From Chrysomallon squamiferum (lineage: Eukaryota > Animalia > Mollusca), in NCBI GenBank assembly GCA_012295275.1, contig CM022671.1, positions 13,144,001 to 13,208,000 on the forward strand: a stretch of DNA of 64,000 nt. Direction: 5' to 3'. The translations under genes were made by a program, and so were the position numbers. Under the pieces are notes generated by a model that was given only the letters and a program-made list of their open reading frames with translations, ran no database searches and was not told the DNA's origin. Positions 1-15,669 of this stretch are shown in pieces (position 1 is the first letter of the stretch; the number at the start of each line of letters is the position of its first letter).

Positions 1-3000
1 ATAGCCAGTGTCACATCACTACTTTATCAAAGGACATGGTATGTTTATTCCTGTCTTTTAAAGTGTCACTTTTGCTAGATAGAAGGAATAGTCCAAGGTA
101 TGGTAAAATATATTTATTTTAACATCATGGAATTCTAGAACACAAAACAAAAGTAAAATAAATTACAAAACAGTGAGTAAATTCACTGCAATTAATAATT
201 TTAGAAATACATTTCTGAAGTAATTTTAACAATGTTAACCTGTTTTAATTACTCTTTTCTAATATATATATATGAGAGAGAGAGAGAGATGTTGATGCTT
301 GATATTTTTATGTTTTTCATTTTTAAGATGCATATGATCAAACTAGAATCTCACAAACACACACACACACATATTACAAGCCAACAACAAATTGCATTTG
401 TCTTCACATTCTAAATGTTTATTTAGATTTTCCTCTGTTTTTCTACTATGCATTACAAGATAATTTTTCTTCATCATCTTATTTTTATTAACACTGCTGT
501 GATTTTAGCTTGTTAATAATAATTAACCTCTAGCTGTCCTAGTGGTATTGCAAATTTAAGGAGAAGAAAATGAGACTGAAAATGTATGGAATTCCTCACC
601 AAGCTTTTCTTGATGGCTCAGCTTTGCCGTTGGGAATGCTACCAAGCTCTCTTTCTTGTTCAGCTCTTGCACAGAGATAAATTTATAAATTCACCATAGG
701 TTTGCAATCAACAGTGAAGTTGAAGCAGGATGGGCAAATTCTGAAGATTATGGACAGGTTCCTTAGAAGTGGATATGTAGACAAGCAACTGTTTGGTTTG
801 TTCATTTTGACAGTCAGCAACAGAAAATGTTCTGACTCCAGAATGTTTCCAGAAAGGGAATACATGTGCATAGTATTAACTTTTATGAGTTATAAATAGA
901 AGAATATGACCCTGGGCATGGTAACATCTCACCTGGATTGTTCTCTCAGATAAATGATTACCCACCCCATAGAGAATTTTAATATTGTAATTATATGTAG
1001 ATTTCAAAAACTGAGTACATAATGACAGATATGTTTTTTAAATCACCACTTGATCATGTAAGAGGTGTATAGTCATCATGAGTTTTATCTGACTTGTAAC
1101 AACATTCTTACAAATGAGAATCTAAGTATGTCCATATACATAATATTATTTTTATTAACATTTAAAACATTATTTTTAATAATTGGTATCCATTTAATGA
1201 ATGGACCAATCTGGATAATTCTAATGCTGTTTTACTAATTAAGTGGCCAGACTTTTATAAATTTAGGAAGAATACTATCATAATGATAAAAGCTAGTTGA
1301 CAGAGTTTGTGCTGTGTTGCTGTCTTAGTAAGTAATTATGTTAGTGGAAGAAAAATCAATATACCATATCCCATACCTTTAGTTGCACGGACAAAATATA
1401 AATATTCTTGTAATGGAACTTAACTCCTCAATATGGTATCAAAGATCCGTTTCAGCTAACCAATACGAATAGCACAAGTTATGATAGCAGCATGTTTTAA
1501 TCTCTCATAATCTTCATCTTGTTTCATTTTTGCTTAAATTTAGTTATGGCCATACAAGTACGTTTTTCTTTGGAAAACACTCTCAAACCTACTTATGTTC
1601 TATATGATGTGGGTACACTGGACCACTTCAAATATGATAAACACTCAGGTAATATAAAGTGAAATTTATTCCAAGTTTAAAAGATATTTTAAAAACATCT
1701 TCATAAATCAGATATTTATCAAAGGTTCAAAAACAAATTCTAGCAGTTTCACCTTAAATGGGGAAATAAACAAAACTCATGGTCTAGGGGTCTGAACATT
1801 ATTGCAGTGTCAATATAATACAGCACCTTTATACTTGACCTGCTGTCTCTTGTATATAATTTCACACTATCTGAGTTAGAATTAAAATAATACATATATA
1901 AAGTGATAGCAACTGCTTATAATGTGTTTATTGTTGTTTAGAAATAAATGGCACCAATTAAACCTGTTTTTTATTATGAATAATTGGGTATGTTTTAAGA
2001 TAATAAGCACCAAAGATACATTCTGCTAAAAGATTTTAGTGTAAATTGCATTTACTAAATGTATCATACAGATAATCTTTCAGTAAACTACTTTGGGAAT
2101 ATTAGACCACTGGTCTAGCTTGTCCCTCCTCATATGATGATATACCTAGGTTCACTAGATCTCTGTTACATAAGTTCTGGTGACATTATATGTGGAAATT
2201 ACAAAAAGTCGCTTTTGATCCTTAAAATCACACAACTTAATATAGAATTGTTATTCTTGTGCACCATTCTCCCCTATTTTATGTAATTATGCTTAGGCTG
2301 GATCTTTCCATCAGTTATGCCAGTAACCATGTAATATGTTGCATCTTGGTTACTAAACATGTAATATTTTTTGTATAGTACATTCATTTGTTTTTTTCAT
2401 TGTTATCTTCCTTCTTGTTCCAAGTCTTATTTGTTTCAATATGGCATTTATAAGATTTTTGTGAACAGTTCTCCTAGTCTCTCCAGCCCTATCTTCTGTC
2501 TCTCTGAATTGACGTTCCTTTCTTGACAAATGGCAGCACAGTGTGCATGCATGTGGTTTTCATTGCCTGAGCTGCCAATGATGAAATGTAATCTATTACT
2601 TTCACCTATATCTGATGAGCCTGGGGTGAGACTTTGGATGGGTAATTAGGGCTTTACTGGTGTGTATTTTTTTAGTGTGTATTTGTGTGTATGTGCATAG
2701 TTATTTTTAGATGTAGAATTTTTTTCTTTTAATTGATGATGAAAAAAACAAACAAAAAAATGTTTCTTACAAATTTAAAGTCTTACTTAATAATAATTTT
2801 CTCTATAGGTATTAACATGGGGTCCAGAATTTCATCTCTCTCTCTCTCTCATTTTTTTTTTTTTGTTGTTGATTTAAACAAGATAATATTTTCTTTTTTC
2901 TTTCTGTACCTGAAAAATCATTATTTTTATTTAACGATGTCTTGATATGGTGTGAATTTTGCACATTTCTACAGAGTTTAGTGATCACACAGATATTCTG

Positions 3001-6000
3001 AAAATATCTGAATTATGTTTCACTTGGCTAATGCCATTCTAGTCCTGTTGATCTACTCCTCTATTCATTAACATGCAATGGCAATTAAATAATAAATATT
3101 TTGGCATTATTGGGTTGTAGATGAAAGTGAATGGCAGAGGGGAAAGGAAAGTCAGAATGACATATGGCATATTTTAAAGAACTATAAAGATTAATAAATT
3201 GTATCTTTTCTGATATATGAATGCAATTTATAAAATTACAATGGTTTTAAACTAATTTTAATTTTGCAGATTAAAGTTCAAATGGTTTTGTATGATTTTG
3301 TTTTACATTTATTTATTTTTGCATTTAGCTTAAAAATTTTTTAAGTTTGTTGATTTTTGGGACCTGATTGTTAATAAAAACCTGTAATGATTATAATTAA
3401 ACTATTTTTATAGCTCATACTAAATTGGAAAGATTCTGTTTTAAACATGTATTTTATATAAGAAGTTTCTGCATGTACCTATGGCCTTACTATAAATACC
3501 ATGATTTTTATGGGTTTTTTTTATTTATCAATAATTCAGGCAGTCTTGACCTCAGGTATCCTTTTTGTTAACTGGAATCCTGTTATTTGTTGAATGAAAA
3601 ATATTTTATTTTCTGTGTGATTGCTTGAATACCAGCTCCACATTGTCTAAGCTGGACGTGCCAAAAACCTGGTAAAAAAAATACTAACACTCATTAATCC
3701 ACTGAGTTCACACCATTACTTAATGTAGTTAACTACAGATTCTTTTTATTTAAGTAGGCTTTTTTTTTTTATATCACATTTGTTTTCTCCACCAAATTTG
3801 TTACTGTCTTTGTTTTCTTCTCATAACTGACTTGTATGCAAAACAATTTAATAGTTCTAATTTATTTTGTTTGTTTATTTTCCTCTGAGGCATATTAAAA
3901 AGACCCAGCTCACAAAGACTTGTAGTTTTGTGTTTGTTAGTTTTCAAGCAGAAGAGACATGATTGAAAAAGCTGATTTTCCACTTAACTTGGTTACCAAG
4001 ATAGTCTACTTGTGACCTGTGTTCACAGTATGGGGTTCACACAAGTTTAAACTGCATGATTAACTTTTATAAGGAAAATAAATATTCATTTATGAATTAC
4101 AATGACTTTACTTTCTATTCAGATATTAAATAGTATTTGAAGAATACAATTAGTACATTTTTTTAGACAGTTTTAATTAAATCTACAACGAGTAGCAGAC
4201 TGTTAATTTTACAACTCCTGAACTGGAAAAATTGATTTCTTCTCTTCAAGTTGTTGATGGATATTACTTTTAAATATGGTTATATATATGTGTCTGTGAG
4301 ATTGTATTAAGATAAATGTACAAATGTACATATTAATCTACATATAGACAATCTTCATGGAGTTGCTTTGAAACAGCTGGCATTTCATAATTACAACAAA
4401 ACAAAAAAGCAGCCAAAATAAGAGCCTAAAGTGGTCAGACTGGGAACCAGTGTTGGTGAATGGCATTTTCTTTATGGAAGAATATGGTCAACCATTGTCT
4501 TTTCCTATTTTTTTTATAGTGTAATGTGTAGTTAACCTTTGTCAGTAACCATGCTTATTGATACATTTTTATTTGTTTAATCTGCCCACCATGCAGATTC
4601 TTATTTTTATATTGGTCTGTCCCCCATATGATATTAGCTCATACAGTCATTAGAAAAAGATACTTAAATATGTTTTATAGATTGTTGTATCAGGTATTAT
4701 TACCATGGCTTGTGTTGTGTTTATTTCTCTAGGGGACAGACAGAACTATAGGTTTATAGAGATTGATGTTAATTTAGTTTCTATTCTTTGTCAGGGGCAA
4801 TAAAAACACTGTCAACCAAGACAAGCCCTAAAACTTTAAAGATGTTTGATTGTGTGGGTCACATGACCACACACACATATGCATGCATGCACACACACAT
4901 GCACCTATGCACTCTCACATACATAGATACATGCATATATAAATATGTAAAAAATTATATACATTTTCAATATAAAAGTCCACAGATATGGACACTTTGT
5001 AACTTTATTTTTATAAACTGTTGGTTACCTGTGTGTGCCTCAGTTAGCTTCATTGACTGCTCCCATTAACACTCACCATGGACTTTAAAGATAGGGCTTC
5101 AGGCAGAACTGTCATCTGCTGTGTGGATACAGGTACTCTATGATAAGATCATCCACTCCAGGTGAAAGAGCTCAGAACACTGGCTCCCCTGCTATCACTT
5201 GTTTAATCACCGAGTATACATGATAGTTGTGTAATGTTTGTATTGTACATCTGGGATATATGTAAAAATAAATACATTTCTTATAAGCATCTGTCAAAAT
5301 CTGACAAAGTCAGGGATCAACCCCTTTGAATGGAATGTTCAAATTTTTAATTTTTCGTTATTATTTTTTTTAATATATGCTATAAGGTTAAAATTTACGA
5401 TATGCTTTCTCAATGTCATTTTGTTTGTAAACATAGCATTTATTTTTCTCACACACACACACATATGCACAGAATGCTCAGCTATTATTAAATGTATATT
5501 CCACAATTACAAATGAAATAAAAATAAAAATGTTATATGTACCATGCTTTATGCCAATTCCCCAGCATTTCTTCCTTTGTTTTCTTTTTTATCTTGATCC
5601 CACTTTTCTTCAGTTCTTTTAACATAATTGAATCAGATTACCAAAAGTCTTGCCTTTGCCTCAAGCAAGTGCATAAAAAAATGCATGTGTCAATCTTGTA
5701 AAGAATATGTAAAGTGAAACGTTTTTGCCTCCAGATTTTTTTTTTTTTTACCTCTCTTCACAAAAGATGTCTGTGCCAAGAGACAGGGAGAAATCTGGAG
5801 AACTCTACAAGCCAGTTTCATCTTCTCTGTGTGGAATGTACTGGCTTCAATCATGGAAGTAGCAGATGGCATGTTTTGAACCAGATACAAAAAAATGGAC
5901 TGTAAATTCATAAAAAGTGGTCTTGCAAGCTGAAAGTGCCAATCTGATGATCTAAGCTTATGTGTATGTGATACAGTGCAGGTAGAGACAGATGGTGGCC

Positions 6001-7389
6001 TGCCTAGAAAGAGAGAAATCATTTGTTTTTGTATTTAATGTATGTGGACATACATGTATTATTAATTCATAAAATAAAAATACTGTGCTAATATCTTTCT
6101 ATTTTTATTCCTGATTCTTATTTTACAGTATGTTTGTTTAGATTATGTTCGTGAATCATCATTAAAAGTTTACTTTATATATTAATTCTGGTTCTCTGCT
6201 GTTTATCAGTCTATCTCTGTCAGTTTATGTGTATATGTTGGTATATACATGAATATATGTGTGTCTATACATGTATATATATTTTGTAGATGTATGTATA
6301 TTTGTTTGTATGTAGATACATTCCAGACATTTACATCAATAATACATTAAAGAATGTACTATTGTTTGGAAATAAACTAAAAGTTTGACCTTGGTACACT
6401 GAAAGAACAACAGCTGTTTTTCACTTGTTTAATATGTTTTGCTTTAGTCTACAGTTTTGGAGTGCAGGTCACAGGAAGACAAGTTGTAAAATTTGAACTG
6501 GTATATTGTTCATGTGGCCTACAAGTTGAGAGCATGAACCATACAGTATTAATCACTATTTCTCTGTATACATATGTAATCATGAAGATTCCTGTATGTA
6601 TATTTATGTGTATACCATATAGGTGATTTAGATACTTACAAAGGTATGCATACAAAATATACACAAATACATGGTACATCAATCCATATGTATATGTGTG
6701 CATGTGTAATTTCAATCTATGTACCAGAGTTGTTATGAAATAAAAATTTAATTTTCACTAATCCAAATATGATATTGGTGTATAATTTTTAAAATTTAAA
6801 TGTGTTTACCATTTGAAAAAAATAAAATTACAAATAATAACCAAAAAAATTGAAGGGGATAAAAATAGCTATTGTATTCTGCTGATTTGATTTGTTTACA
6901 GCCAGAAAGCAATAGACAATAGTCTATAGGAAATATTTGACAATTATGTGTAAGCTATTTTCCTTAGGATCCATTAGGGTGCCTATTATTTACTGAAATT
7001 GCAAAACCTGATGACACAATAGAAACTGATCTTCTGATGTGGTGTTGAGACAAAGTGAATTTGGTCTCCCATTATATGAACTACAAACTCAGATGCCCTG
7101 TCAACAGTCATGTTCATTATAACTGTTCTCCACCAGATGAATTTCATCTTGCTTTTAGGAACACAGAATATGATGACATAATACCCAATGTTTCTGTGAA
7201 GGGTCAGAGTTCACAGGCAGGTGAGACATACCACAGCTAACAAAGACAGGTAGGTTTTAATGAAAAGGTCAATAATGCTGCTTTTGAAAATGTTAATATA
7301 TAGATACGTTTTATTTTTCTAATTTTAAAATGTTTACATATATTTTAATATGTTTATCCATGTCTTTTTATATTTCAATTTATTAGTTT

Positions 7390-7460
7390 ACACTGTAAAG
7401 CACCCTTGAACTTACTCAGTATGGAAAAGTTGCTATATAAATAGGGTATAATAAATAATG
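7390..7460 (+). mobile_element. L2/CR1-type LINE or SINE 3' tail
   Basis: TGTAAAGCACCCTTGAAC...ATGGAAAAGTTGCTATATAAAT...AATAAATAAT resembles the L2 3' signature TGTAAAGCGC.TTG...GGAAAAGCGCTATATAAAT with CpG decay. Confidence 0.6.
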
Positions 7461-10400
7461 CTGTAATTTACAGGGCATTATTTACAGAGAACATTCTTTT
7501 CTAAATAAATGGAGTGAATGTTAATTGATCAAGAGACAATTAAAAGAAATTAATCTAGACACTTTTGCTAAATATTTCAGTTTATCTAATAATAATTATA
7601 ATATATAATATTGATTACATTCAGCAGACATCTGAACTTTTTTCCATTAATAATTCCATGTATGATCCTATTTATCTATTCTTCCATCCATCCAGTCAAC
7701 TGACAGAACCTCATCCTTCCATCCATCCATTCAGCCACTAACAAACTATGTTATTGCTGTCACTGTATATTGTGTCCATCAGCTTCTATATTTAAAGAAT
7801 TAAAGATATTTGTACATAGTTTTACTTACTTATAGTAATATATTTTTGAACAAAATATGAAGACTTTACACTGAGTGGTTTTGTTCTTATGAATGTCAAC
7901 TGAGGTTAACCTTTATGACAACACCTGTCTACTCATCCCAAGTGCCCAGATTAAATATTTACTTGTCCCATCCATCTTTTCTGAGACACTAATAGTCAGA
8001 CTTTGTTTACACAACATAAGCTTTGCTCAGACTAACTGAGGAACAATGCAGAACATTCCTAATTGTTTAAGAAATGGTATTCGGAAGTGACTTTTTACTT
8101 TTTAACATTTTGGAAACATTTGAATGCTTTCTTTCAAGAGTAGTATGTTTATTTAAAATATGGCTATTTCTCATTCCAGAGCAATAGGACTGGGTTTCAG
8201 AATTGTTTATTTGATTGTAATTTCCCATTCTACGTTGTTGCTCTGTGTTAAATCCTTACAGCATTATTTTTTTATATGTTTGTTTATGGACAGTGTATTA
8301 TATTCATCTGCACTCTTTTTCTTTTTATTTTTTTTATGTTATGATTATTCAGGCTGTTCTCATCAATTATCACAGTTTCATCTTTTATTTACAACTTTCC
8401 AAAGATAGCAAAGCATTTCAATTTTTTTTAAAAACAACAGGTAGACCAATGGTTAGAACAGAATAATCTAAAGGGCATACTCTACGATTTATCCTTTTCC
8501 CCCTCACACCTCAGGTCAACATTATAGCCATAGAGCTTATAGCCTGGTCTGATAAATCTCTGAGTTCCCATTGTGAATGTTGTGTAATTCAGGGTGATAA
8601 ACAAATGAGAAGAAAATGTTATTAACAGTATGAAGGGTTTACATAATTCATTTTCATGTTAGAGAAAATTAAAAAAAAAATAAAAGGAAAAGAAAACAGA
8701 GAAGCAATCCAGATAGAACTTCCTTTAATTTTGCCATTTCTTTTGAGCAAAATTAATCTAGCTAAAAATAATTTGAATCTTTTAGCAGTTTTTGTTGGTT
8801 CAGCCAAACTAAACATTTTCTTTGCCATGTCATAAAATAGTTGTATTTTTATGGCCTTTTTAAAGTGTTTTTTAGAGTGAGTTTGAAGATATCAATTGTG
8901 ATGAATTTTTTAGTGCATGCATTAATTAGCAACTATTTTAATATAAATAATGAGTAATTAACAAGAACCTTTATAAACCTGACAATAATAATAATAATAA
9001 TAAAAAATATTATAAGAATAACATTAGTAGTATTAGAAGTAGCAGTATTACTAATAACAAAAGCAGTAAGGATTATAACAGCTAAAGCAATAGCATCAGC
9101 AATACTAGTTTTTAATATATTTAAAATGAATTGATCAAACAAGACCAGGTTATCTCATGACCCTCTCCACTTCAAGAGTACTCCCTGTAAGTCCTCAATA
9201 AACAACTCATTATAGCTGCTTATTAAATTGGTATCTGGTAAATGTTTTGATCACTTGTTTCATATTTTCTTTCTCTGTCCACTGGGAAGCACAACCAACA
9301 AAGCTGGTGGGTGCAGGAGAATGGGTGAACAAACACACATGAAGATCATCTTTGTTGTTTCTGCAGGACAATTCCAGACACAAATAGCTGCACAATTTGG
9401 AATTTCTTTTAAAAACAGCTATTAGCCCCTTGTTCACTGTTGCTTAAAAACATTGTTTTACAAACTGCAAACATGATAGTTTCAGAACAATTTTCTGAAC
9501 AAATTCATAGCATTTCCTAATATTCTTTTGCCAAAGATTATCAGAGATTATTACCATAACTATTATTGATGTCAGTGCTGTAAAATAACATATATACATG
9601 TAATATTTAATATCAGAACTTTTCTTATACTAGTGTGAAATTACATGTGTATTTATGTTTTACATATTATTGAAACAGTAAAACAGTTCACTCTGTCACC
9701 ACTGACTTGGTTTTCTTACCCCAGAAACAGGTCCTCCCACACTATTACTGAAGTGATGAATTCTCATGTCTCTTCATTAAAAAATGACTAGACATGTGAA
9801 CATGATTCACAGTTCATGAACATAATTATTCATCAGATAAACTTGCATAGCATGGAAATGTAAGTAAATAATAATTATTAAACAAACATACATAAACACA
9901 CATTTACTGAGATGTTTATGTTGATATATCTTAGGCAATAAATAAATACTTAAATAAAAACATTCAAACTTGTGTATACACAAAAAGTAAGTCAAAACCA
10001 AAGTACATTAAACTGTATTCAGATGACGATATATTGAAGTGTATCACAAATAATTAAGCTTTTTGTATAAACCCCAGTATCTGTGATTGTTTTACATAAA
10101 TGCTGTTTTCCTATTTTTCCCCTTGTTTCACTGTGTACAGTACTGACAATATTTCCTCTGTGACATTTTGAGCAAATCAATTCAAGTTTTATCAGCTTAC
10201 AATGAACATATATTTAGCTGCAGTCATTGTAGGGCCTTTTAAATTTTATGTTCTGTGCATGTTGGGTCTTTTATCATGGAACAGTATGCTTTAATCCCAG
10301 TGGACACAAACATGAATACCATGTTTAGTAAACTAATGCCCCTTGACACAGTTGTTTGGAGCTGATAATCTAGCGATGAGGTGGCCGATTTACAACCTGT

Positions 10401-10884
10401 TTACAGACCATAAACCAGCTTTGTATCCCTCAGATATGGTAAACATTTATAAAAGTAGAGGGGAATAATGTAATCATAAAAATAAAAAATAAACTTTTCA
10501 TTCCTAAGTTTCATATAATTTTTATATAAATGTCAGATTAAAAATACATTTATCTGCTATATATTTTTTAAAATAATATTTTGATTAAAAATAATAAGAT
10601 GAATAAAAATTATTACTGAGTTTATTTGAATAAAATGTTATGATTTAGATTTGATTTGAACTTATAGAGTGTTTGGGATTTGATACAAGATACAACATAA
10701 ATTATTAACTTAAGAAAAAAGTATTATTTATTTACTTACTTACTTACGAAATAGAAATGTAATAAAAAGACCTATTGCCATATGTTGGACTGTTCATTCC
10801 ATTTAGCAGCAAGTAATATTTTGTGTCAGTATTTCCCAGAGACAGACATATGTAATAACCTTTTGATGTATGCATACGTATGTA

Positions 10885-10941
<57 letters not shown>
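10885..10941. repeat. Compound microsatellite (TG)n(TA)n(GA)n
   Basis: Read directly from the sequence. Confidence 0.95.
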
Positions 10942-10942
<1 letters not shown>

Positions 10943-13900
10943 TGTATGTGTGTGTAAAAAACCTGGCTGCTACAGGAAATAACTCAGTAAGTATGCCAAT
11001 GAGAATGGATCTAGAGACTCATTAAATCTCAGACAATTAAATAACAGATAAAGATTGCTTCCTGGTATTATTGATATCATTCTTTCTTACAACAATGTTT
11101 AATCTTAATGTAGAGGATGCAGTAATATTTAGATAGCACGCAAACAGTGATTCTATAATCTCTGTTGCTTTGAAATCCAGACTTGTATAATGTGTTTCAA
11201 GCTTTCAAATTAACCACTGAAACCTATCTGTGGGTGTATTGATACAAGTATAGAAGGAAAGACAGCAGCAGCAGGAGCCATATTTTCATATAGGTATTCA
11301 CTAGGAAGATGCATCAAGAACTCCTGCTGCTGTTAACATCATGTAAGTTTGATTTCCCCACAGTTACACTCAATATATCAAATAATAAGATTATAATTCT
11401 ATGTTTTAACTTCCTTCTGCTTTTTTGATTGACTTAATACTTTGTTACATATTATTAATGTATAGATGGACAAATGTAAAAAAATCAGATACAAGATTCA
11501 TAAAATCAACCTTTATTCTTGTTAGTAAACATAGGCATCTATCAACCAGTGAACATAATGAATATATTATAAATTTGTTTTAAAATATTTTATAACTGGT
11601 CTTCTAAGTGTGTCTATCTTTTATACATTATAGTATTATTTTGTAAATAATTATAGTAGATTATACATGTATTTACATCATTACAAATACAGTGACTGTA
11701 ATATTGTTATTTATTTATTTATATAGACCTAAATAACTGTTATAAATTGAGTATTATACATATTTACTTTGCACCAAATACATTACAGTGGTAATTTATA
11801 ATTAACTTCAGGTACATATCTTTATATGGTACCACATTCCTTACAGTTTTCATTTATAAGTAACTGTTTTAGATAATTACATATCTTTACACACTATATT
11901 TTTATAGCTATTTCCTTTTATCTAATGCTTTTATTCATACTGAACCATTAATGTTAGGAAGTTGATTTTATATTTAATTAGATTCCAATCACAGCTGAGA
12001 ACACTAATATTTAAATTCTTTTCTCAAAGGTTTAGTTCTTCTTATAATGATTTCTGAAATATTTGCATGAGATAGAAACTATCTGTAATCTTGTTATAAA
12101 ATATTAAAACAAAGATAATAAAACAGTACAATTTCAAATAATAATAATAATAATCATGACAATAACAACAATAATAATGCCAGAGGTTTTTGTAACAGAA
12201 TACATGTAAAAATAATTATAAACAAATATTGATTTGAAAGATGATAATTAAGAAGGTAAACACTATTAAGTGCAGACCCCATCATGTGTTTTATTTCCCT
12301 GAGCAATCTACCAAGAGTAATTCATACATAAGTAGCTGTTTTTTCAAAAGAGACAGATTGCAAAGGTCGAAGTAGGAATTCTTGCTGGGTTCTCAAGATT
12401 AATCAGTTTCATTTATCGCACTACCCAATTTATGTAGAAATGCTATAGGCCAATTTTACATATGGACACTTCAATCAGCAAAATAACAACAACAAAAAAA
12501 AAAAAATGTTTTTATGGGTTCTTTGATAGATCAGAAGAGGATGGGAGTGTGTTTTTTAAAACCAGTATATAATTTTCTATTCAAACCAATTTAAAAAAAA
12601 AAATAACAGTTTGTGAAGTTTGCTCAAGTTCAGTTACACCCAAACAAAACTGATTCATTTTGTGATAATCTATAATTAAACAAAAACTTGATTACTTACA
12701 GCTTATGTATGTAAGGAGAGTATATATTTATGATTTTTTTTTGTTGATTTTCACTGTTTGGCCATACATGTACCAAATTTCTTTTCCCTTTATGTTGCTT
12801 TCCTTTAATTTCTGTGGTAATTATTAACTTAAGGTTGTATATCATAAACAGAAGCTTGGAAAAGAGAAATAGAAAAAAGATAAGTGCTTGTTTTGTTACA
12901 AGAATATTCTACACACTGCTTTTTTTACTTTGTGTTAATTTCATTAAAAAAAAATTGTAGTTTTTGTCCTTGTTGTGGAATTAAATGTTTCACTTGATTT
13001 TATATCCTAAACAGATTTTAGTTATGGAAAAAAATCAGTAATTGTTGCTAAAAGATGATTTGTACAGAATTATTTCTTTCTTTTGTAGCATTTCACTTTT
13101 TTGGATGATTCATCTGATATCTGATACTAAGTATAAAAAGAATGTGGGGAAAATATTTGTATTTCTGTTTTGATTTTTATATAAATATAATTTTATTATT
13201 ATTAATTTTTTTTAAATAAACTTTAATTTATTATAGAAATATAGATTAAATTGAAAGAAATTGATACTGTAGTCTTCTTCCATCCAGTGTATTTCTAGTA
13301 GAAGCCAGTAATATTCACAGACTAAATCCATTTATTTAGCCAATTTTAAAACCTATAGCTTTTGAAGAAAGGTTTTTAATTACAACCAGTAATAGCAGAT
13401 TGACATTAATTCATCTCTGATTTTAAATAATGCAGTGTGTCCTGTTTAAAAGTTTTGAACTGCACTGTTTGATTATTGTAGGGGTTGTTTTAACATTATG
13501 CTGTTAATTTAGTATACTAATTAGATTTAAAACACTCCATCTTATTAAACGATAACATTTGGTTTTCATACACATTTTCAAATAGTTGGTCATACTTTAA
13601 TGCAGTGATTTAGATTTAAAACATCTCATGAAAATCAGATCTGCAGGTTGATTATGAATTGAGTACTCTAACATTGAACTGTACCCATTTCAGCTGTGTT
13701 CTCTTTATTCAGTATTTTATTAAGTGAAATCAGTTCATTTGTCTCAAACTGTGTTGAACTGTACATCATGATGATGAATTAACTATCAGAGTGCAACCTG
13801 TGTTTAAATTTACCATCAATCACACATTGATATCCGTCCATGGTTTTGTCCAGGTGATACTTGGATTATGCTACCTGTAATAATTATAGCTTTATTTGAA

Positions 13901-15669
13901 AAAAGTGAAAGTTTCAGAAGAAGTAGCTGTTTAATATGGTGTCAGCTTGTAAAAACCTTGCATCAGCTTACCACTTGTGACATTCAGGTATTTGTTTACT
14001 TGAGAGTAGGTGTTTCAAGAAGGTAACAAACAGCAAACATAATTTTTGCTTATTTCCCTTTGGTGAGTTATATTAAGAAAAACAGCAGTGCAATGATTTT
14101 GCTGTATTATGATGAAGCTGATAATGATGATGGATCTGATGCTGATGGTGGTAGTATCAGTGCCAGCAGTATCCATAATGACGATGATGATGTGATGTTC
14201 AAAATTTGTTAAAATGCACATCATTCCATCTTCATCTCAGATAGTTTCAAATAATTTATTAAACCCAAAATTCAGTTACTGACTAAATATTATTATGTTA
14301 ATTTTTCATATCCACAAAATTAATAATGCTAATTTTTTGCATTGTTGAAATTGGGAATTATGTAATAAAGTGACTGTGGTATGAAATGGAATATATATAT
14401 ATATTTTTTTTATTACATATATATTTTAAATAACAAAACTCATTAGGAAATAATTTGGTGCCTTGTTATGTAACACAAAGACAGTGGATAAATAATGATG
14501 TCCAGCATTGATTTTCCATTTATGGTTACATCTCTGGATCCTGGCCACTGGTATTTCATTTTTTCAGAAAGTGACTTAGTGCTACTATTCCCACCAGACA
14601 GACTGGCTGTAACTGCTAGGCTAACCAGTTTTGACTTGCAGAAGATACATTAGAACTGACCATTTCAACACCAGTATGCTAGATAGCCAAGATAGTTATC
14701 ACTCAGAGTACTAATGATATGTAATACCCTAAGAAAAAAACAGTATATACATATAAAGCATTTTGGAACAAAATTAATATGAGCATTTACAAATGTAATT
14801 GAAGTAACTAATAGAAGATAAATAAAAAGTAATAATAATAACAAACGCTGCAAGTTTTCCACCTCAAATTAAACAATCCACATACATTTTTTTCGTGAGA
14901 ACTGAATTTTTCCAAATGTGACAACTATTTTATCTGTGGGCAAGAACTGCAATACTTATTTCACTTGTTTCTAAGTGGAAACAGTTATCACCAATCAACA
15001 TTAATTAATATGAATCTAATTTGAAGCCTGACATTTTGGACATTTGTGACATGATTTCAGTGAAAGATTGCCATGGCAGATGATTATTTTAATTAGCCAG
15101 TTTCCTGGCAAACAAATCACTTAACTGTGTAATTTTAATGACAAGTTACGGTGGTAAAATCAGTTGTAGCATTTCTTCATTTGCCTATTTTAACACTGGT
15201 CACTGATTAAAGTGTGTTACACATTATCCACATTAACCTGTCAGAGAAATATGGATTAATTATTAGTAAACTCTCACTTAAAAACTGTTGTAAATAGAGA
15301 ATAAAAAAGTTATGTACTTGTGACAGTTGAAAAATATTTTAAATCGGATAATGATTATGATTTTTTAAAGTATAAATGCAAAAGTTATGTATAAGACTTA
15401 GTATGTCTAAAATATAAAATAAAAATTTGTTACAAAAAGAGAAATGAACCACTTAGATCAAACACTCCCTACACCTAATAGATGGCAAACAACATTTTAA
15501 TTAATAGAAAATATTAATCACCAAAAATATATTGGTAATATAGTATCAGCAATAGAACTTGTTAAAATAATAATCAAAGATTACTGTTCATCGATACACA
15601 CAAATTGTGGTGATCAATTAATGAGCAAGATGTTGGGTAAATAGATGCTGGCTCTTGGGTGTCAGGATC

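Noticed and set aside
2577-2616. ATGATGA...CTGA box C/D-like pair
   Set aside because: Boxes are only ~30 nt apart with no terminal stem; too short for a C/D snoRNA.
7055-7256. ORF with nearby CAG|GTGAGA and CAG|GTAGGT donor-like sites
   Set aside because: No similarity to RING, TRAF-zinc-finger or PDZ sequence expected upstream, and no convincing acceptor.
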